DNA of 63,147 nucleotides, filler included, from Aduncisulcus paluster (Eukaryota), in the NCBI GenBank assembly GCA_024181965.1. It is 31 parts of 31 records of this genome, joined end to end, with 100 filler letters (N's around TTAATTAATTAA, not from the genome) between each part and the next. Parts side by side here need not be neighbours in the genome. Positions count along the whole stretch, not along the records: positions 47,042 to 48,229 come from BQXS01005422.1; positions 48,330 to 58,499 come from BQXS01005427.1; positions 58,600 to 60,224 come from BQXS01005451.1; 28 more parts are not named here. One strand, 5' to 3'. This document shows positions 47,042 to 60,324 of this stretch, piece by piece (position 1 is the first letter of the stretch; each line of letters opens with the position of its first letter). The position numbers and the translations under genes were made by a program. Under the pieces are notes generated by a model. The model was not told where the DNA came from, made no database searches, and saw only the letters and a list, made by a program, of their open reading frames with translations.

Positions 47042-48216
47042 GGAGGGACGTTTCTAAAGTTATCAAACAATGCCTTGTTTGTCAGCGAGAGAGGTTGAGT
47101 GTCTCTCCTTTGGAGAGCCAAGGTTCGACTTTTGTGGATGCTCCCTTCCACTGTATAAGTGTGGACACTATTGGTCCATTTCCAGAGTCTGAAAACGGGA
47201 ATAAGTTCTGTTTATCGGTTATAGACACATTTACTCGTCATATCCAGCTCTTTCCAACAAAGACAACGAAAGCGAGAGAGGCTGCTGATGTTTTACTCAA
47301 AGGATATTTGTTCTTGTTCGGAATTCCGAAGATTATCAGAAGCGACAATGGTTCACAGTTTGTAAACTGTATCTGGGAACGTGTACTGAAGACCATAAAG
47401 ATTCGTCATCACCGGATTATCCCATATAATCCACAAAGTAACGGGATTGTGGAGCGATCGAACAGGGAATTGATGAAATTTCTGAGAGCCATGATTGCCG
47501 AGGGTATTCCAACAAATCAATGGGACGAAGTCCTTCCACAGATAGGGTTCCTGATGAATACCCAGATCCATTCCGCCTTGGGGGCATCCCCATTTGAATT
47601 GGTCTTCGCTCGAGACCCGACAAAACTTTTTAATTTGTTTACAGACGATAATGAGATACTTGAAATGACATTGGGAAACAAGAATTCTCAGGAAGAAGCG
47701 GCTAAATACATGAGAGAACACCAGCATTTATTAAAGAAATTAGCTGATCGAGCTAAGACGATACAAGCGCGAATCAGGAAGGAAGAAAGCACGATTACGG
47801 TGCGAAAAGACGAATTAGTATGGCTATTGCCACATAAGAAGCATTCTAAATTAGCAGCAAGAATGCGGGGGCCATATTTAATCAACGGGCCCCTTAAACA
47901 TAATATGATTGAAATTAGATCCTTGATAAACGATGATAATACCTTAAAGGTACACATTAAGAGGATCGTCCCTGTCAAAGGGGAACATGAGATGAAGGAA
48001 TTAAGAGAAATAGCCGCGAACGGTGATGAAGAATATCTGGTTGACTGTATCGTCGATCACAGAGGTGAAACACGAGATAACATTGAGTTTCTGGTTCAGT
48101 GGGTTGGATACGACCCTCAAGAGAACACATGGGAACCCCTGTCCTCCATCCGTGATACTGTAGCTCTCGACAAGTATCTTGAAGATCATGAAGAGCTCAA
48201 TGGAATCGTAGGTTAG
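47042..48216 (+). mobile_element. Ty3/gypsy integrase with C-terminal chromodomain (chromovirus-type)
   Basis: SVDTIGP, SDNGSQF, SNGIVER, GPY motif, then EYLVDCIVDHR...FLVQWVGY...NTWEP. Confidence 0.92.
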
Positions 48217-48329
48217 ATGACCTCGATTANNNNNNNNNNNNNNNNNNNNNNNNNNNNNNNNNNNNNNNNNNNNTTAATTAATTAANNNNNNNNNNNNNNN
48301 NNNNNNNNNNNNNNNNNNNNNNNNNNNNN

Positions 48330-49074
48330 TGCATGTGGCAGTCCCCATGCACGCACGATGCTGGATGCTCTCCCAGATTGTGTTCGAAAAGCTTCGCGGG
48401 TTACTCATGGATTCTCCCATATATCTCCAGCTGAATCTCCATCACTTGCCTCAATCAAAGAAAAGGGCCGTCCTTGTCTTGTACGTCCGAATACTACTGG
48501 TATCTTCTCAACACGATCCCCTCCCCTCTATTCCTCCTCTTCCTCTTCCTCTTCTCTTCCTGATATGTCATCATATCCGTCCAATTACTCTGTCATCCCT
48601 GAAATATCTTCAATCAAGTCTCTCAAACGCCGTCTTGCCTACTGTGATCCGAGTGTGCACACTGTCCGTGTCTTGCGAGAGAGACTCCCCAATGCCCCTC
48701 GTCTTGCTATTGATCTGATTGCCCGCTGCCTGTCGTTCTCCCCATCCCGTCGTATCTCTGCCAAGGATGCGCTCCACCACCCCTACCTTGCACGCTTTGC
48801 ACGCAAGGATGGATCCATGGACAAGTGTGTCCTGCCTGTACCGCTGTGCAAAGACAAGTTCCCATTGCCCTCGCTGGCTGATGATGTCAAGTTCTCTGTC
48901 GCAAGGTACAGGGCTGAGATTGCACGTATGGTGTGCAAGAAGGATGACAAGAGAAGAGATGACAAGGAGAAGGAGAGAAGTGGGGGGAGGGACAGCAAGA
49001 GCAGGGATAGCAAGAGCAGGGACCATCAGGAGATGTCCTCAGAATCGTCTGAACCTCGTGAAAAGCTTTGCTAA
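48330..49074 (+). CDS. MAP kinase C-terminus, ERK7/MAPK15-like
   Basis: SPHARTMLDAL, AIDLIARCLSFSPSRRISAKDALHHPYL and DDVKFSVARYR. Confidence 0.75.
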
Positions 49075-50195
49075 TCAGTCCTTATTAACTATTTCTTATT
49101 GATATAATGTTCATTATACTTTTTTAGTGAGATATGACATTATTTTCTCAATTGTTTTATATCCTTTTCTATGTGTTTGTTTGAGTTTTAGTTAGACCCA
49201 AACGTTCCTTTCTAATCTGTGATATTATTATTATTATTATAATTCTTATCCTTTCCGATGGCCTTTATTTGTTTGTTCTACTTGCCTTAGTTCCTTTGTC
49301 CTTATAATGGAGGTTTCTTTGTTGTTGATTACGATTTATTATTTATTGATTTCTCTTCATTTTTTTTACATTTATATTTGGGCTTTTGTTTGTTTGCAAT
49401 TACTATTAGTTTCATCAATTTAGTGACTTAGGTGTTCTAAAAACAATTCGTAATCCAGTTTTTAAATTTTTTTTTTCATTTTTTTGTATTTCAATTTATA
49501 TTTCTATTCCCTTTTTTAATTCTATCGAATTTTCTCCTATTTATTTCTAGGTATTATTATTTTTCTTTGCGGTTAGAGGTGGCTTACTGAAAATTCTTCT
49601 CCTTAGCGCTAGTTGCTTTCTTATCTTTTTCTATTAAATGGTTTGGTTTTATTGACCTCGGATGAACAAAATTGTTCTCATGTTCTATTATTTTAGATTA
49701 TTATTTCTGAGATTTTTGCCAAGATTAGTTTCTGTTAAAGCATCTATCTCTTCCCAAATAAATTACTCTAGTTTGATCTTTTCATGGTAAGATAAATATA
49801 TTTTGATGATTTTTGTTATTATATTATGACTAGATTCGCCGAATCGCCGGCGGCGTTAGTGAAACTTTCAGGAATTTGAAATTCCTAGAATTTCCCCGAC
49901 AGCTTGGTATTATTACATGTATTCTGGTGAAATCAATTTCAAAATGAATTTATATTTCAAAATTGAGCATATGATTCGCTATATTTTTCTTGATTTACGG
50001 TGAAAAAATGCTCCTCCTTTATTTTCTCTCTCAGCAAGGATATTATGCCACGATGAGTATATTTGCCTCCATAAGCATCAAAACTCTGATATTTACAATG
50101 ATATAATAATATTAACATTTATTGAAACCAACAGAAAAATGGTGAGGAATCCTCACTGACGTTGTCGAAAATAATTCAAAAGAACAATTGCCTTT

Positions 50196-51998
50196 CTACT
50201 TAGTGAAGGGACCAATAAGAGTCTCATGAACATAGTCCATAACCTTCTTCAAAGTGGCCCTAAGTTCCTCTGTTTCTTGTCCAGGAGCTCCAATGACCTC
50301 ACTGTACCACTTAAGTTTAGGTTCAGTTCCAGAGGCTCTCAAAGTCAACACAATTCCACAATCAAGAGTAAATGTGATCATTTGACCACTTCCGGTTGGC
50401 AATATAGTCTTTCCATCGGGTCTGCTTGTGTCACAGTCGAAAGGAGAAGTCTGATCTCTGACGCCAATGATCTTGCTGCCAGCAATAGAAGAAATTCTTC
50501 CTCCGTCCTCACCAAATCTAAGGTTGTGGAAAACATTTCCCATCAATTTCATTTCGGTAAGGGTAACGTAACCATTGTCAATGATATGGTATCCCAACTT
50601 CTTGCTCAATTCCTCATACCATCCATCAAGGGTCTTACCTTGACGGTACAAGTGGTTGGCGATCTCAGCAATGACGGCACAGGCAGAGATACCATCCTTG
50701 TCTCTCACAACATCACTGCACATGTATCCAATGGACTCCTCAAAACCATACAGAGCACGCATACCTTCATCGTCTTCGAGGCGCTGGCACTCAGTTCCAA
50801 TCCATTTAAAACCGGTCAAGGTCTCGGCAAAACGAACGTCGAGAGCACTGCAAATTGTACGGAGGAACTTGGAACTCACGGTAGAGTTAACCATGGCCCA
50901 TTTACCTTTACCAACCTCCTCAGGGAACTTCTCACAGGCGAGATCATACATCCACTGACCGATAAGAGCTCCAATCTCATTTCCATGGAAGTATCTCCAG
51001 GTTCCATCAGCTCTTTTCTCAGCGACGGCAATTCTGTCAGCATCGGGATCGTTTGCAAAGTGAACAACAGCTCCACTCTTCATAGCATCCAATTTAGCGG
51101 TTCCGTACTCCATGTTGCTTCTTTCTTCAGGGTTTGGCTTGTCAGAAGTGGGGAAAGATCCATCGGGCATGACCTGCTCCTTGATAGGCACAACAGTGGA
51201 TTCAACATCGAAACCAAAGGCACGAAGGGCTTCCATGGCATGTCTGTACCCAACTCCGTGCATAGCAGAGTATCCAATCTTAACCTTACAGTTTTCTTTG
51301 GAGTTGTCAGCGGGGAAACGACAGAGTTTGGCACGGATGGTCTCGAAGTAAGATTTCCAGACTTCGTCCTCGGGATCAGTGATGAGACCAGCATCTTTAC
51401 CCTCTTTCACAACAGAATCAATGTCCTTGAACCAGGGCTTGAGATTTTCCATGATGGATTTCTGGATGTTCTTGTCGACGGGACTGATAATTTGGACACC
51501 AGTGTGCCAGTAGACTTTGTAACCGTTGTCAGTGGATGGATTATGAGAAGCTGTAACCATAACTCCAGCAGCGGCTCCGAAATGAGTAACTCCAAAGGGA
51601 ACCATAGGGGTTGGGACAATTTTAGAGAAAAGATAAACCTTCATGCCTTTAGAAGAAGCACATGCAGCAGTAATTTCGGCGAAACGGGTACTCTTGTTAC
51701 GGGCATCATATCCAATAACGATTCCTTTCTTTTTTGATTCGGGGACAGACTTCAAAATTTCCATAATAAGACCCTGAGCAGCTTGGAGGATAGTAAGTTC
51801 GTTCATGCACATGAATCCGGCTTTAATAGGTCCTCTGAGACCGGCAGTTCCAAAAGTCATGCGGTCAGAGAGGATAGAATGAAGATAATCATATTTACCC
51901 TCAGCAAAAAGAGTTTCAACTTCTTTGCGTGTTTCAGGATCAATATCATTTGCTAACCATTCTTCAACAAAAGGTTGTACTTGTTCTTTGGTGATCAT
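50196..51998 (-). CDS. Phosphoglucomutase/phosphopentomutase (PGM2-like)
   Basis: FGTAGLRG, VTASHNP, NDPDADR, LTGFKW, FEESIG and RASGTEPKLK. Confidence 0.95.
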   Translation of the reverse strand: MITKEQVQPFVEEWLANDIDPETRKEVETLFAEGKYDYLHSILSDRMTFGTAGLRGPIKAGFMCMNELTILQAAQGLIMEILKSVPESKKKGIVIGYDARNKSTRFAEITAACASSKGMKVYLFSKIVPTPMVPFGVTHFGAAAGVMVTASHNPSTDNGYKVYWHTGVQIISPVDKNIQKSIMENLKPWFKDIDSVVKEGKDAGLITDPEDEVWKSYFETIRAKLCRFPADNSKENCKVKIGYSAMHGVGYRHAMEALRAFGFDVESTVVPIKEQVMPDGSFPTSDKPNPEERSNMEYGTAKLDAMKSGAVVHFANDPDADRIAVAEKRADGTWRYFHGNEIGALIGQWMYDLACEKFPEEVGKGKWAMVNSTVSSKFLRTICSALDVRFAETLTGFKWIGTECQRLEDDEGMRALYGFEESIGYMCSDVVRDKDGISACAVIAEIANHLYRQGKTLDGWYEELSKKLGYHIIDNGYVTLTEMKLMGNVFHNLRFGEDGGRISSIAGSKIIGVRDQTSPFDCDTSRPDGKTILPTGSGQMITFTLDCGIVLTLRASGTEPKLKWYSEVIGAPGQETEELRATLKKVMDYVHETLIGPFTK

Positions 51999-52323
51999 TG
52001 ATGACTAGGGGAGAATAGTTGATGAACATGTTAAAAAGACAAATAAGGTGGATCGAAAACATCAAAATAACATTAAACATGCCAATAAATTTAAAAACAT
52101 ACGATAACAATTCTATGAATGCAAAAAAACACGCGACATCAGCAACGCTTCAAAATGACATGATGAGGCACTACTTGCGATGAATGGGGCGTCAATTCTT
52201 TATTCTATTCATCAAATAACACCAAGAAATCAGTAATGAATTTTTATATCCATATAAGTATAATAGGGACCATTTCTCAATACTTCTGCTTAAACTCCAA
52301 TTTTTTCCGACAATTAGGGAATT

Positions 52324-54385
52324 ATGAGATCTCTCTTTATTATTCGTATGTAATACAAACTATTTTCTCCCCAATTTAATATTTTTTTCGTTTTTTTATT
52401 CACTTTGTCTATTTTAGTCATCGCTTTTGCTATCATTCTTCCTAGCTTTGCCCGTACCTTAGCTCAGGCTAGAAGACAATCTAATGACGATTATCCTGCT
52501 CAGTGGCGTGAGGCTCGTCTTAATAACTTCAACCCGGCCGACCGTACCACTTACTCCCAGCGTTTCTACATCAACGACGATTATTATTATTATGACAGTA
52601 CATCTAACGATTACCCTGTTTGGATTCTTGAGATTGGAGAGGAGGGAGAAATGACTGGACCTGCCCAAGGTGGTGATGAAATCAGCACTCTTGCTCAATA
52701 CTTCAATACAAACTATTTTCTCCCCAATTTAATATTTTTTTCGTTTTTTTATTCACTTTGTCTATTTTAGTCATCGCTTTTGCTATCATTCTTCCTAGCT
52801 TTGCCCGTACCTTAGCTCAGGCTAGAAGACAATCTAATGACGATTATCCTGCTCAGTGGCGTGAGGCTCGTCTTAATAACTTCAACCCGGCCGACCGTAC
52901 CACTTACTCCCAGCGTTTCTACATCAACGACGATTATTATTATTATGACAGTACATCTAACGATTACCCTGTTTGGATTCTTGAGATTGGAGAGGAGGGA
53001 GAAATGACTGGACCTGCTTAGCTCAGGCTAGAAGACAATCTAATGACGATTATCCTCTCTCCCAGCGTTTCTACATCAACGACGATTATTATTATTATGA
53101 CAGTACATCTAACGATTACCCTGTTTGGATTCTTGAGATTGGAGAGGAGGGAGAAATGACTGGACCTGCCCAAGGTGGTGATGAAATCAGCACTCTTGCT
53201 CAATACTTCAACGCCAGAATTTATGGTCTTGAACACCGTTTCTATGGTCAATCCCAACCATTCAATGATCTTACCACCGATCATCTCCGTTACTTGACTC
53301 CTGAGCAAGCTCTCGCCGATGTTGCTGGTTTCATTGATGAACAGAACCAAGCTGAGTTCCCTAATGATTACTTGCCAGGAAAGCCTTTCGCTCGTATTAT
53401 TACTGTTGGTGGATCTTACGCCGGTGGTCTTAGTGCTTGGTTCCGTCTTAAATACCCTCACCTTGCTGTTGCTTCCCTCGCTTCTTCTGGTGTTGTCAAT
53501 GCCATCAAGCATTTCGTTGAGTTCGACCAGCAACACCGTCTTGCTCTCCAACAAGATGAGAACTGTGACTTGGCTGCTCGTTACATTATCCGTATTGCTG
53601 AGAACTACGTCTCTGATGTTGACCTCAAGACTGAATACTACGACAACCTGAACCTCGACGCTAACATGGATGTTGGTGATGCTTTCTATATCTCTGTCGA
53701 TTCAATGGTTATGGCTGCCCAATATGGTCACCAAGAAGAGCTCTGTGGAAGGATCGTTGACCCTTACAACTCTGGTGATGATGATGCCCTTATGGATGCT
53801 TATTATGACTTCTTCAACAACTGGTGGACTCCCAATATGAATCCCAACGGTTCTGACGCCTATGATGCTAACCACCTCAAGGAAGATGGTCCCGACATGC
53901 TCACTGATCCATGTGCCTCTGCCAGGACATGGTGGTTCGAGAAATGTGCAACCAATTTCTACTGGCAGATCAGTGACGGTGATGACAGTATCAGATCTCC
54001 CACTTACACCACTGAGGCTTACCACAGGGACATGTGCAAGCGTGTCTTCGGTGATCCATTCACTGACGATGATGCCAACTATGTCACTAACAACAACGAG
54101 ACCAACTACAACTTTGGAGGTGGCAATTACAATGGTGAGAAGGTTGTCTTCTACAACTCCTGGCAAGACCCATGGAACAGGGCTGGTGTCACTATTACAA
54201 ACGATTACAAGAGAAGACCCGTTGAATTTGTTAAGGCTTACGATGTTGGTCACTGCCAAGATCTTCACAATCCTTCTGATGATGATGCTCAGGGCCTTAA
54301 GATGGCTAGGAATGGTATTAGGACTGATCTCGAGGGTTGGGTTGACGACAGTCTTTACTTCAAGGATCACAGAGGTGATTTCTAA
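52324..54385 (+). CDS. Secreted/lysosomal serine peptidase family S28, with a 5' intron and a scrambled repeated 5' region
   Basis: Spliced signal peptide MRSLFIILIAFAIILPSFA, LEHRFYGQSQP, QALAD, GGSYAG, DPW and HCQDL. Confidence 0.92.
52346..52417 (+). other. 72-nt spliceosomal intron
   Basis: GTATGT donor, T-rich body, TTTTAG acceptor. Removal joins ATG 52324 in frame (C|TC) to the signal peptide. Confidence 0.85.
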
Positions 54386-54622
54386 GTGATATTTCTTGGA
54401 TAAAATAAATTCTCTTCCATTTTTAACAATGATCGTCTTCCTATGATCTAGTAGATAAACCCACGAGAAATAAATTGTGAATACTAAATCATATTGATAG
54501 ATATTTCCAAAAAGAATGAACATGTTCTTCCATTTTAATTGTAGAATGACGATATTGAATAATCAACTTTTTCTTGTATTCCTAGATATTTTCATCTCTT
54601 ATAAAGTAGAAAAAGATAATTC

Positions 54623-57600
54623 ATGTCATTGTGGGATTCATATGAACAATTTGAAAAGCTTCAAAACCTCCCTCAACAAGGTATACCTAAACCTCTCTGG
54701 AAACCTTTGTATGAAAAGCTTCAAGCAATGAATTTTGATGAAATTGACCAATATCTTGGAATTGAATATGTTTCCTGCAAAAGTTCTGCAAGTGACAAAA
54801 AAGAACCAGCCATAGTTGTAAAGAAGGATCTATCTCCTGCAACTACGCCGCTTCTTCTTTCTCGTAATACTCTATTATTCAATTACACCCCTAACTTCTT
54901 ATCAAATATTCATTCTATGTTATTGGGTGACCCCAGTACCCTCATTTCTGTTGCTAACGCCACTGGTGTTTTATTTACTCCATCTTCAATTCCTCCACCA
55001 GAACTTAAAACCAGTTTAATTGGTAAAAAACCAAATGCATCCCGTTTTGCTCAAGGGATTGAAGGAGATCCGAAAGGATCCGTAACAGCTCATTCAATCG
55101 ATACTCACGCTCTGACCTTTAGTGACATTATGAGTGGAGTCGGAGAAAGTATGGCCGACGAATGCCTATATTTAGATTTGAGAAGCAAAGGTATTGCCGG
55201 AATGCCTGAGATGTTGATTTCAGATCTATGTCGTGATGTTGAATATGTTGATTTGAGCAACAACAGGTTTGAATCTCTCGAAGAAATTGCTGCATGTGTG
55301 AAAGGGTGTGTTAAGTTAAAGGTTCTTGCTTGTTTCAACAATCCTTGTATGTTGGGCTCTCCATCCTCAATGAATAAGTCCATTGATGAAATTTTTCTTG
55401 AAAATTCAAGGCATTTATGGGAATTACTCGAAGAAGACAGATCGAAAATGAGCGAATCCATCCAATGTAATTCTCTTGTGCTCGTTGGAACCCTCATGGC
55501 TCCTAAACTTGATAACATGACCGAATTGAAGTTTCTTGGTCGTGAGATGGCGCATGGAACACTTGATTTACGTTATTGTGGTCTTGATAATACCCTTCCG
55601 TCTATTTTGGTACCATCTGAGAAGATATCTGGCTCCTCAGATCCAAGAATTGAAGGATTTCCTGAGATTTCGACTCTCATCTTATCTGGAAATGCTCTAT
55701 CCGAGACCAAAACGGTCATCGAACAGATTAAGTCCAGTTCTATTTTGAAATCGGTGTCAAATTTGTATGTTGATCCCGAAATGCATGAGGATTTCATTGA
55801 TTATCTCTTCATCAAGCGTGAAGGAGCTGCTGATAGTGGTGTAAATGGAATGAATATTTTCTCATTATTTCCAAAAATAGAACAATTCAACGGAATCCCA
55901 ATCTCTCCATCCCATTTCCCCCTTTTAATTAACACTTCTGCTGGTGCTCTGATCACCACTCCTCTTCCTGAACTTGCAAGAGAAGTCACCGACAAATGTG
56001 CTTGTATGTTTTCAATGGTATTCCTTCCAAAACCTTCAGATTCAGAGGATAGCAAGGGTAAAAAAATCGAATATATTCCTTTCGTCTGTGTTGGGGAATT
56101 CCACAACGCTCTCCTTAAACATACTGAAAGCAAACAAGGGATCAATTTATGCTCAAGACATGTATTTATTCGTTCAAAGGATGATGAATTCATGTGTGTA
56201 TGTCTGACTTGGTCCATGTCAAAACTCCCTCCATCAATCATTCAATCGACAGATTCTTCCTCTTCTTCTTCTTCTTCTTTCCTTCTTCTTCTTCTTCTTT
56301 GCAGTGTCCTCTACAGTTTGATCGGTTTGCCATGATAAGAGCCGTTAGGGAGGATGTGGTGAAGTATATTGCCTGGATGCGTGGTGATTGCAGAGATGTT
56401 CTGCGTCTGAAATATCTTCCAAAGATAAAGAAACAGGCAATTGTTTCTCAAATTCCAAAAATACTCATCAATCCAAAAATAGCCCGTCATTTGAGATCTG
56501 TGCACGTCCCTGCATATGATTCAGATATTGGATATGATGGAATCTCCATCGCAACATCATCCAAACAAATCTTAGATTGTGCTGAAACTGTTAAATCGTG
56601 TCTAAATATAGATATCCACACTGATCCTTCAGAATGTTCTATATTGTGGCCATCAACTATCATCAAGAATTTCACAGATCCTCTCAAAGATTTCGGCATT
56701 GTTCTTCAAGAGAAAGTACCTGTTGTCGGTTCGGATGGAAAAGTTGTTCATGAGCTCAGAAATAAGATATTTACTCCGATGATGTCACAATTTCCAAACG
56801 AATTCTTATTGCTTCCCCATGTTGCTTCCGTTGTGATGGCCGAATTGCTCCATAAACGTGTTGTTTCTCAACCATATGATCAACGTTCAATCCCTCTGCT
56901 TACCCCTTGGGTTCTTCCTGACCATCTCTCTGATATGCTTTCTCATTGTTCTGATGAAGATAGGTTTGTCATGTCATCAACATCAACCTCAATTCCCATG
57001 GAAAGATATTCTTTATCAATGGCAGAGGCAAGTGGATATATTGAGCGCATCGCTTTCGATGGTACCGTATCTTTGGGTGGTATTCAAAAGCACGAGAGTA
57101 CATATTTGAGCAAATCTCACGTGTTTGGAATTGGATCTCCATCATCAGAGTCAGACAAGACTGGTTATTTTATTTTCGATTGTGCTGTAGCTACAAAAGG
57201 ACGATCAATGCACTCAACGAGCATCGATGGAAGCGTGTCCAGTGCCATTGAAAAGTCATTTACAATTCAGTCCCATATATGTCACACGTCTGTGTTTGAA
57301 TATTTGCCAGATCAAGATGAGTTTGGGATGAGTCTGCCCCAGAGTGATCTCAGGAAGAATGATGGCAGAAGGAGGGTTGTGAATGGAGACGAGAGAGAGA
57401 AGTTGATGAAAGCGACATCAAGAGCTTTGTCTGAATGTATTTCAAAGTATTTCTCGCTCTTTGGAGATTTATTGGATCAAGAAAGAATTGACCCTCTCAT
57501 CCTCAAACTCTGTCGAGGGATTTACAGATGCTGGATTGTATTTGAAGTTTCTGATGGAATGGATGGAATTATTGGGAAAATTATTCAATTTGATACTTTG

Positions 57601-57675
57601 CCGAATCTAGTTGATCATTTTAAGACTTCTAAGAACCAAGCTTGTGTTGAAATCATAAAATTTTGGTTGAATTAA
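54623..57675 (+). CDS. TTLL12-like protein with leucine-rich repeats; frameshift in a (TCT)n tract near 56280
   Basis: N-terminus YEQF...GIPKPLWKPLYEKL...FD, LRRs (VDLSNNRF, LILSGNAL), later SILW and SQFPNEFLL, all resembling TTLL12. Confidence 0.65.
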
Positions 57676-58599
57676 AAATCTTAATATGATAACAAGACTT
57701 TGTGAACATTGTAGGTTTTGGATTATTGGAGCTGTTTGTTATTGTTGAAGGAGACAAACATGTGGTTTGACTGTTGTGAATGTGATACAAGCGATTCTGA
57801 ATATTGAAATAAAGGATAAAATGAAGTAATAAAACAAACCAATACGATACATTATCCGTCCATCTTTGGAATCAGAATCGAGTTCCTCAGAACGAAAGGC
57901 TTTCGAAGGTCAAACAATTAATTAACAAACAATCTTGGAAGGAATAGTGAAGAATTCATTATAATTATTCATTATTATTCAGCCAGAAAGGCAATTAATG
58001 ACCACAAACTTGAACAAGAATTAGTGTTGATAATTCCTTTCTAAGACATGTTACCAAGGAAGTAAACGGGAAAAACTAACTAAAAAACTAACTGAATTAG
58101 ATTTTATAAATGAATTATCAATCAAGCAGAGAAGAGTTGAGAACAATGCGAATCCCAAAGAAAACCAGAAGTATAGCTTCTCTGCCAATAAGTCGATGAT
58201 ATATTCACAATATTCATAGATTTCAACTGATGCAATATATAATCCAAAGAAAATGTTCATATATTTTTATGTATATATTATGCGATATCAATTTCAAAGG
58301 TTGTCAATTGAGAGTTGTAAGTTTGGTGGCCATCTTTTCCCGCTTTTAGAGCAAATCGTATGTTTACTATATGTCGCATCTTTTATTAAATGTACATTAA
58401 GAAATATTTTAACCGGATCCATTCAATTATACTCACTATATTGTGCTGTGTGGTCGTGTCTTGTCGCCAGAATTTATGGTCTTGAACACCGTTTCTATGN
58501 NNNNNNNNNNNNNNNNNNNNNNNNNNNNNNNNNNNNNNNNNNNTTAATTAATTAANNNNNNNNNNNNNNNNNNNNNNNNNNNNNNNNNNNNNNNNNNNN

Positions 58600-60146
58600 G
58601 CCGCCAGCTGCGGCCCCGGGAACCTCCATCTCATCAACGGCCTCTTCGATGCCCATCGCAGCCGGGTCCCCGTGCTCGCGATCGCGTCGCACATCCCCAG
58701 TGCCGAGATCGGCAGTGGCTATTTCCAGGAGACCCACCCGCAGGACCTGTTCTCCGAATGCAGCGTGTACAGCGAGTTGGTCAGCAGTGTCGAACAGTTG
58801 CCGTACGTCCTCGACATCGCCATCCGGGCCGCCCTCGACCAACGCGGCGTCGCAGTCCTGACAATCCCCGGCGACATCCTCAGCGCCAAGACCGATATAG
58901 CGCCTCCATCAGCCCCCATCGTGGCCGGCATCGGCACCCGGTTACCCGATACAGCCTCCCTGGAGCGCGCGGTGCGGGTGCTGAACGGATCAAACGCGGT
59001 CACCATTCTGGCCGGAGCGGGATGCGAGGGAGCACACGAGGAGCTGCTGNNNNNNNNNNNNNNNNNNNNGCCGCACGCATCCTGCAGGCGCCCATCGTGC
59101 ATACCTTGCGCGGCAAAGAATTCGTCGAGCATGACAACCCGTTCGACGTCGGCATGACAGGCCTGCTCGGATTTCGCTCCGGGTACGACGCCCTCGAGGA
59201 CACCGAGGTGCTGCTGATGCTCGGGACCGATTTCCCGTATCGCCAGTTCTATCCGCCGAAGGCCACCGTCATCCAGCTCGATATCCGCGGCGAGCACATC
59301 GGTCGGCGTGTTCGGGTCGACGTCCCTCTCGTCGGTGCGGTGAAAGAGACTCTTCAGCACCTCAACTCGGTCTTGCCACCGCATTCGGACAGCAGGCATC
59401 TGGATCGTGCGCGGGAGAACTACACGCGCACCCGGGCTCAGCTCGATCGATTGGCGGTGGACGACCGCAATCAATCGCCGGTGCGCCCGGAACTCGTCGC
59501 CCGCAGCATCAACGAGTTGGCGGCCGATGATGCTGTCTTCATCGCCGATGTCGGAACCCCCGTCATCTGGGCGGCGCGATACCTCTCGATGAATGGCAGG
59601 CGGCGCCTACTCGGCTCGTTCAATCACGGCAGCATGGCCAATGCGGTGCCGCAGGCAATCGGCGCACAGGCGTCTCATCGCGATCGCCAGATTGTCACCC
59701 TTTCCGGCGACGGCGGACTGACGATGATGCTGGGGGATCTCATCACGCTGACCCAGTCGCAGCTGCCCGTCAAGATGATCGTCTTCAACAACGGTGCGCT
59801 CAGCTTTGTCGAGCTGGAGATGAAGGCGGCAGGCATCGTGAATTACGGTACGGCCCTGGATAATCCGGTGTTCGCCGATGTCGCGAAGGCACTCGGGATA
59901 CACGGTATCCGGGTTGAACGCCCGGATCAGCTGGATGCCGCGTTATCGGAAGCCTTCAGCCACCCGGGGCCCGTACTCGTGGAGGTGGTCACCGCCCGTC
60001 AAGAATTGTCGATTCCACCGACCATCACCGCCGCACAAGTCGCGGGATTCTCACTGTGGGCCACCCGAACCCTGCTGTCCGGACGTGGCGACGAGCTCAT
60101 CGACCTGGCCAAGACCAATCTCGGCGCACGCCTACGCCGCAAGTGA
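58600..60146 (+). CDS. poxB: Pyruvate:quinone oxidoreductase, 5'-partial (mycobacterial)
   Basis: [36 protein letters not shown] and the ThDP motif GDGG...NN. Confidence 0.95.
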
Positions 60147-60324
60147 CGCGGCGGCCAAAAGATGAGGCCAGACCCCGCGCGGTTACGCGGACTTGTCGGC
60201 ATCCGGTGTTACAACACTTGTATGNNNNNNNNNNNNNNNNNNNNNNNNNNNNNNNNNNNNNNNNNNNNTTAATTAATTAANNNNNNNNNNNNNNNNNNNN
60301 NNNNNNNNNNNNNNNNNNNNNNNN

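Noticed and set aside
50226-51737. 503-aa antisense ORF over PGM, and similar long antisense ORFs over the S28 gene and GC-rich genes
   Set aside because: Shadow ORFs produced by codon bias, with no recognisable motifs.
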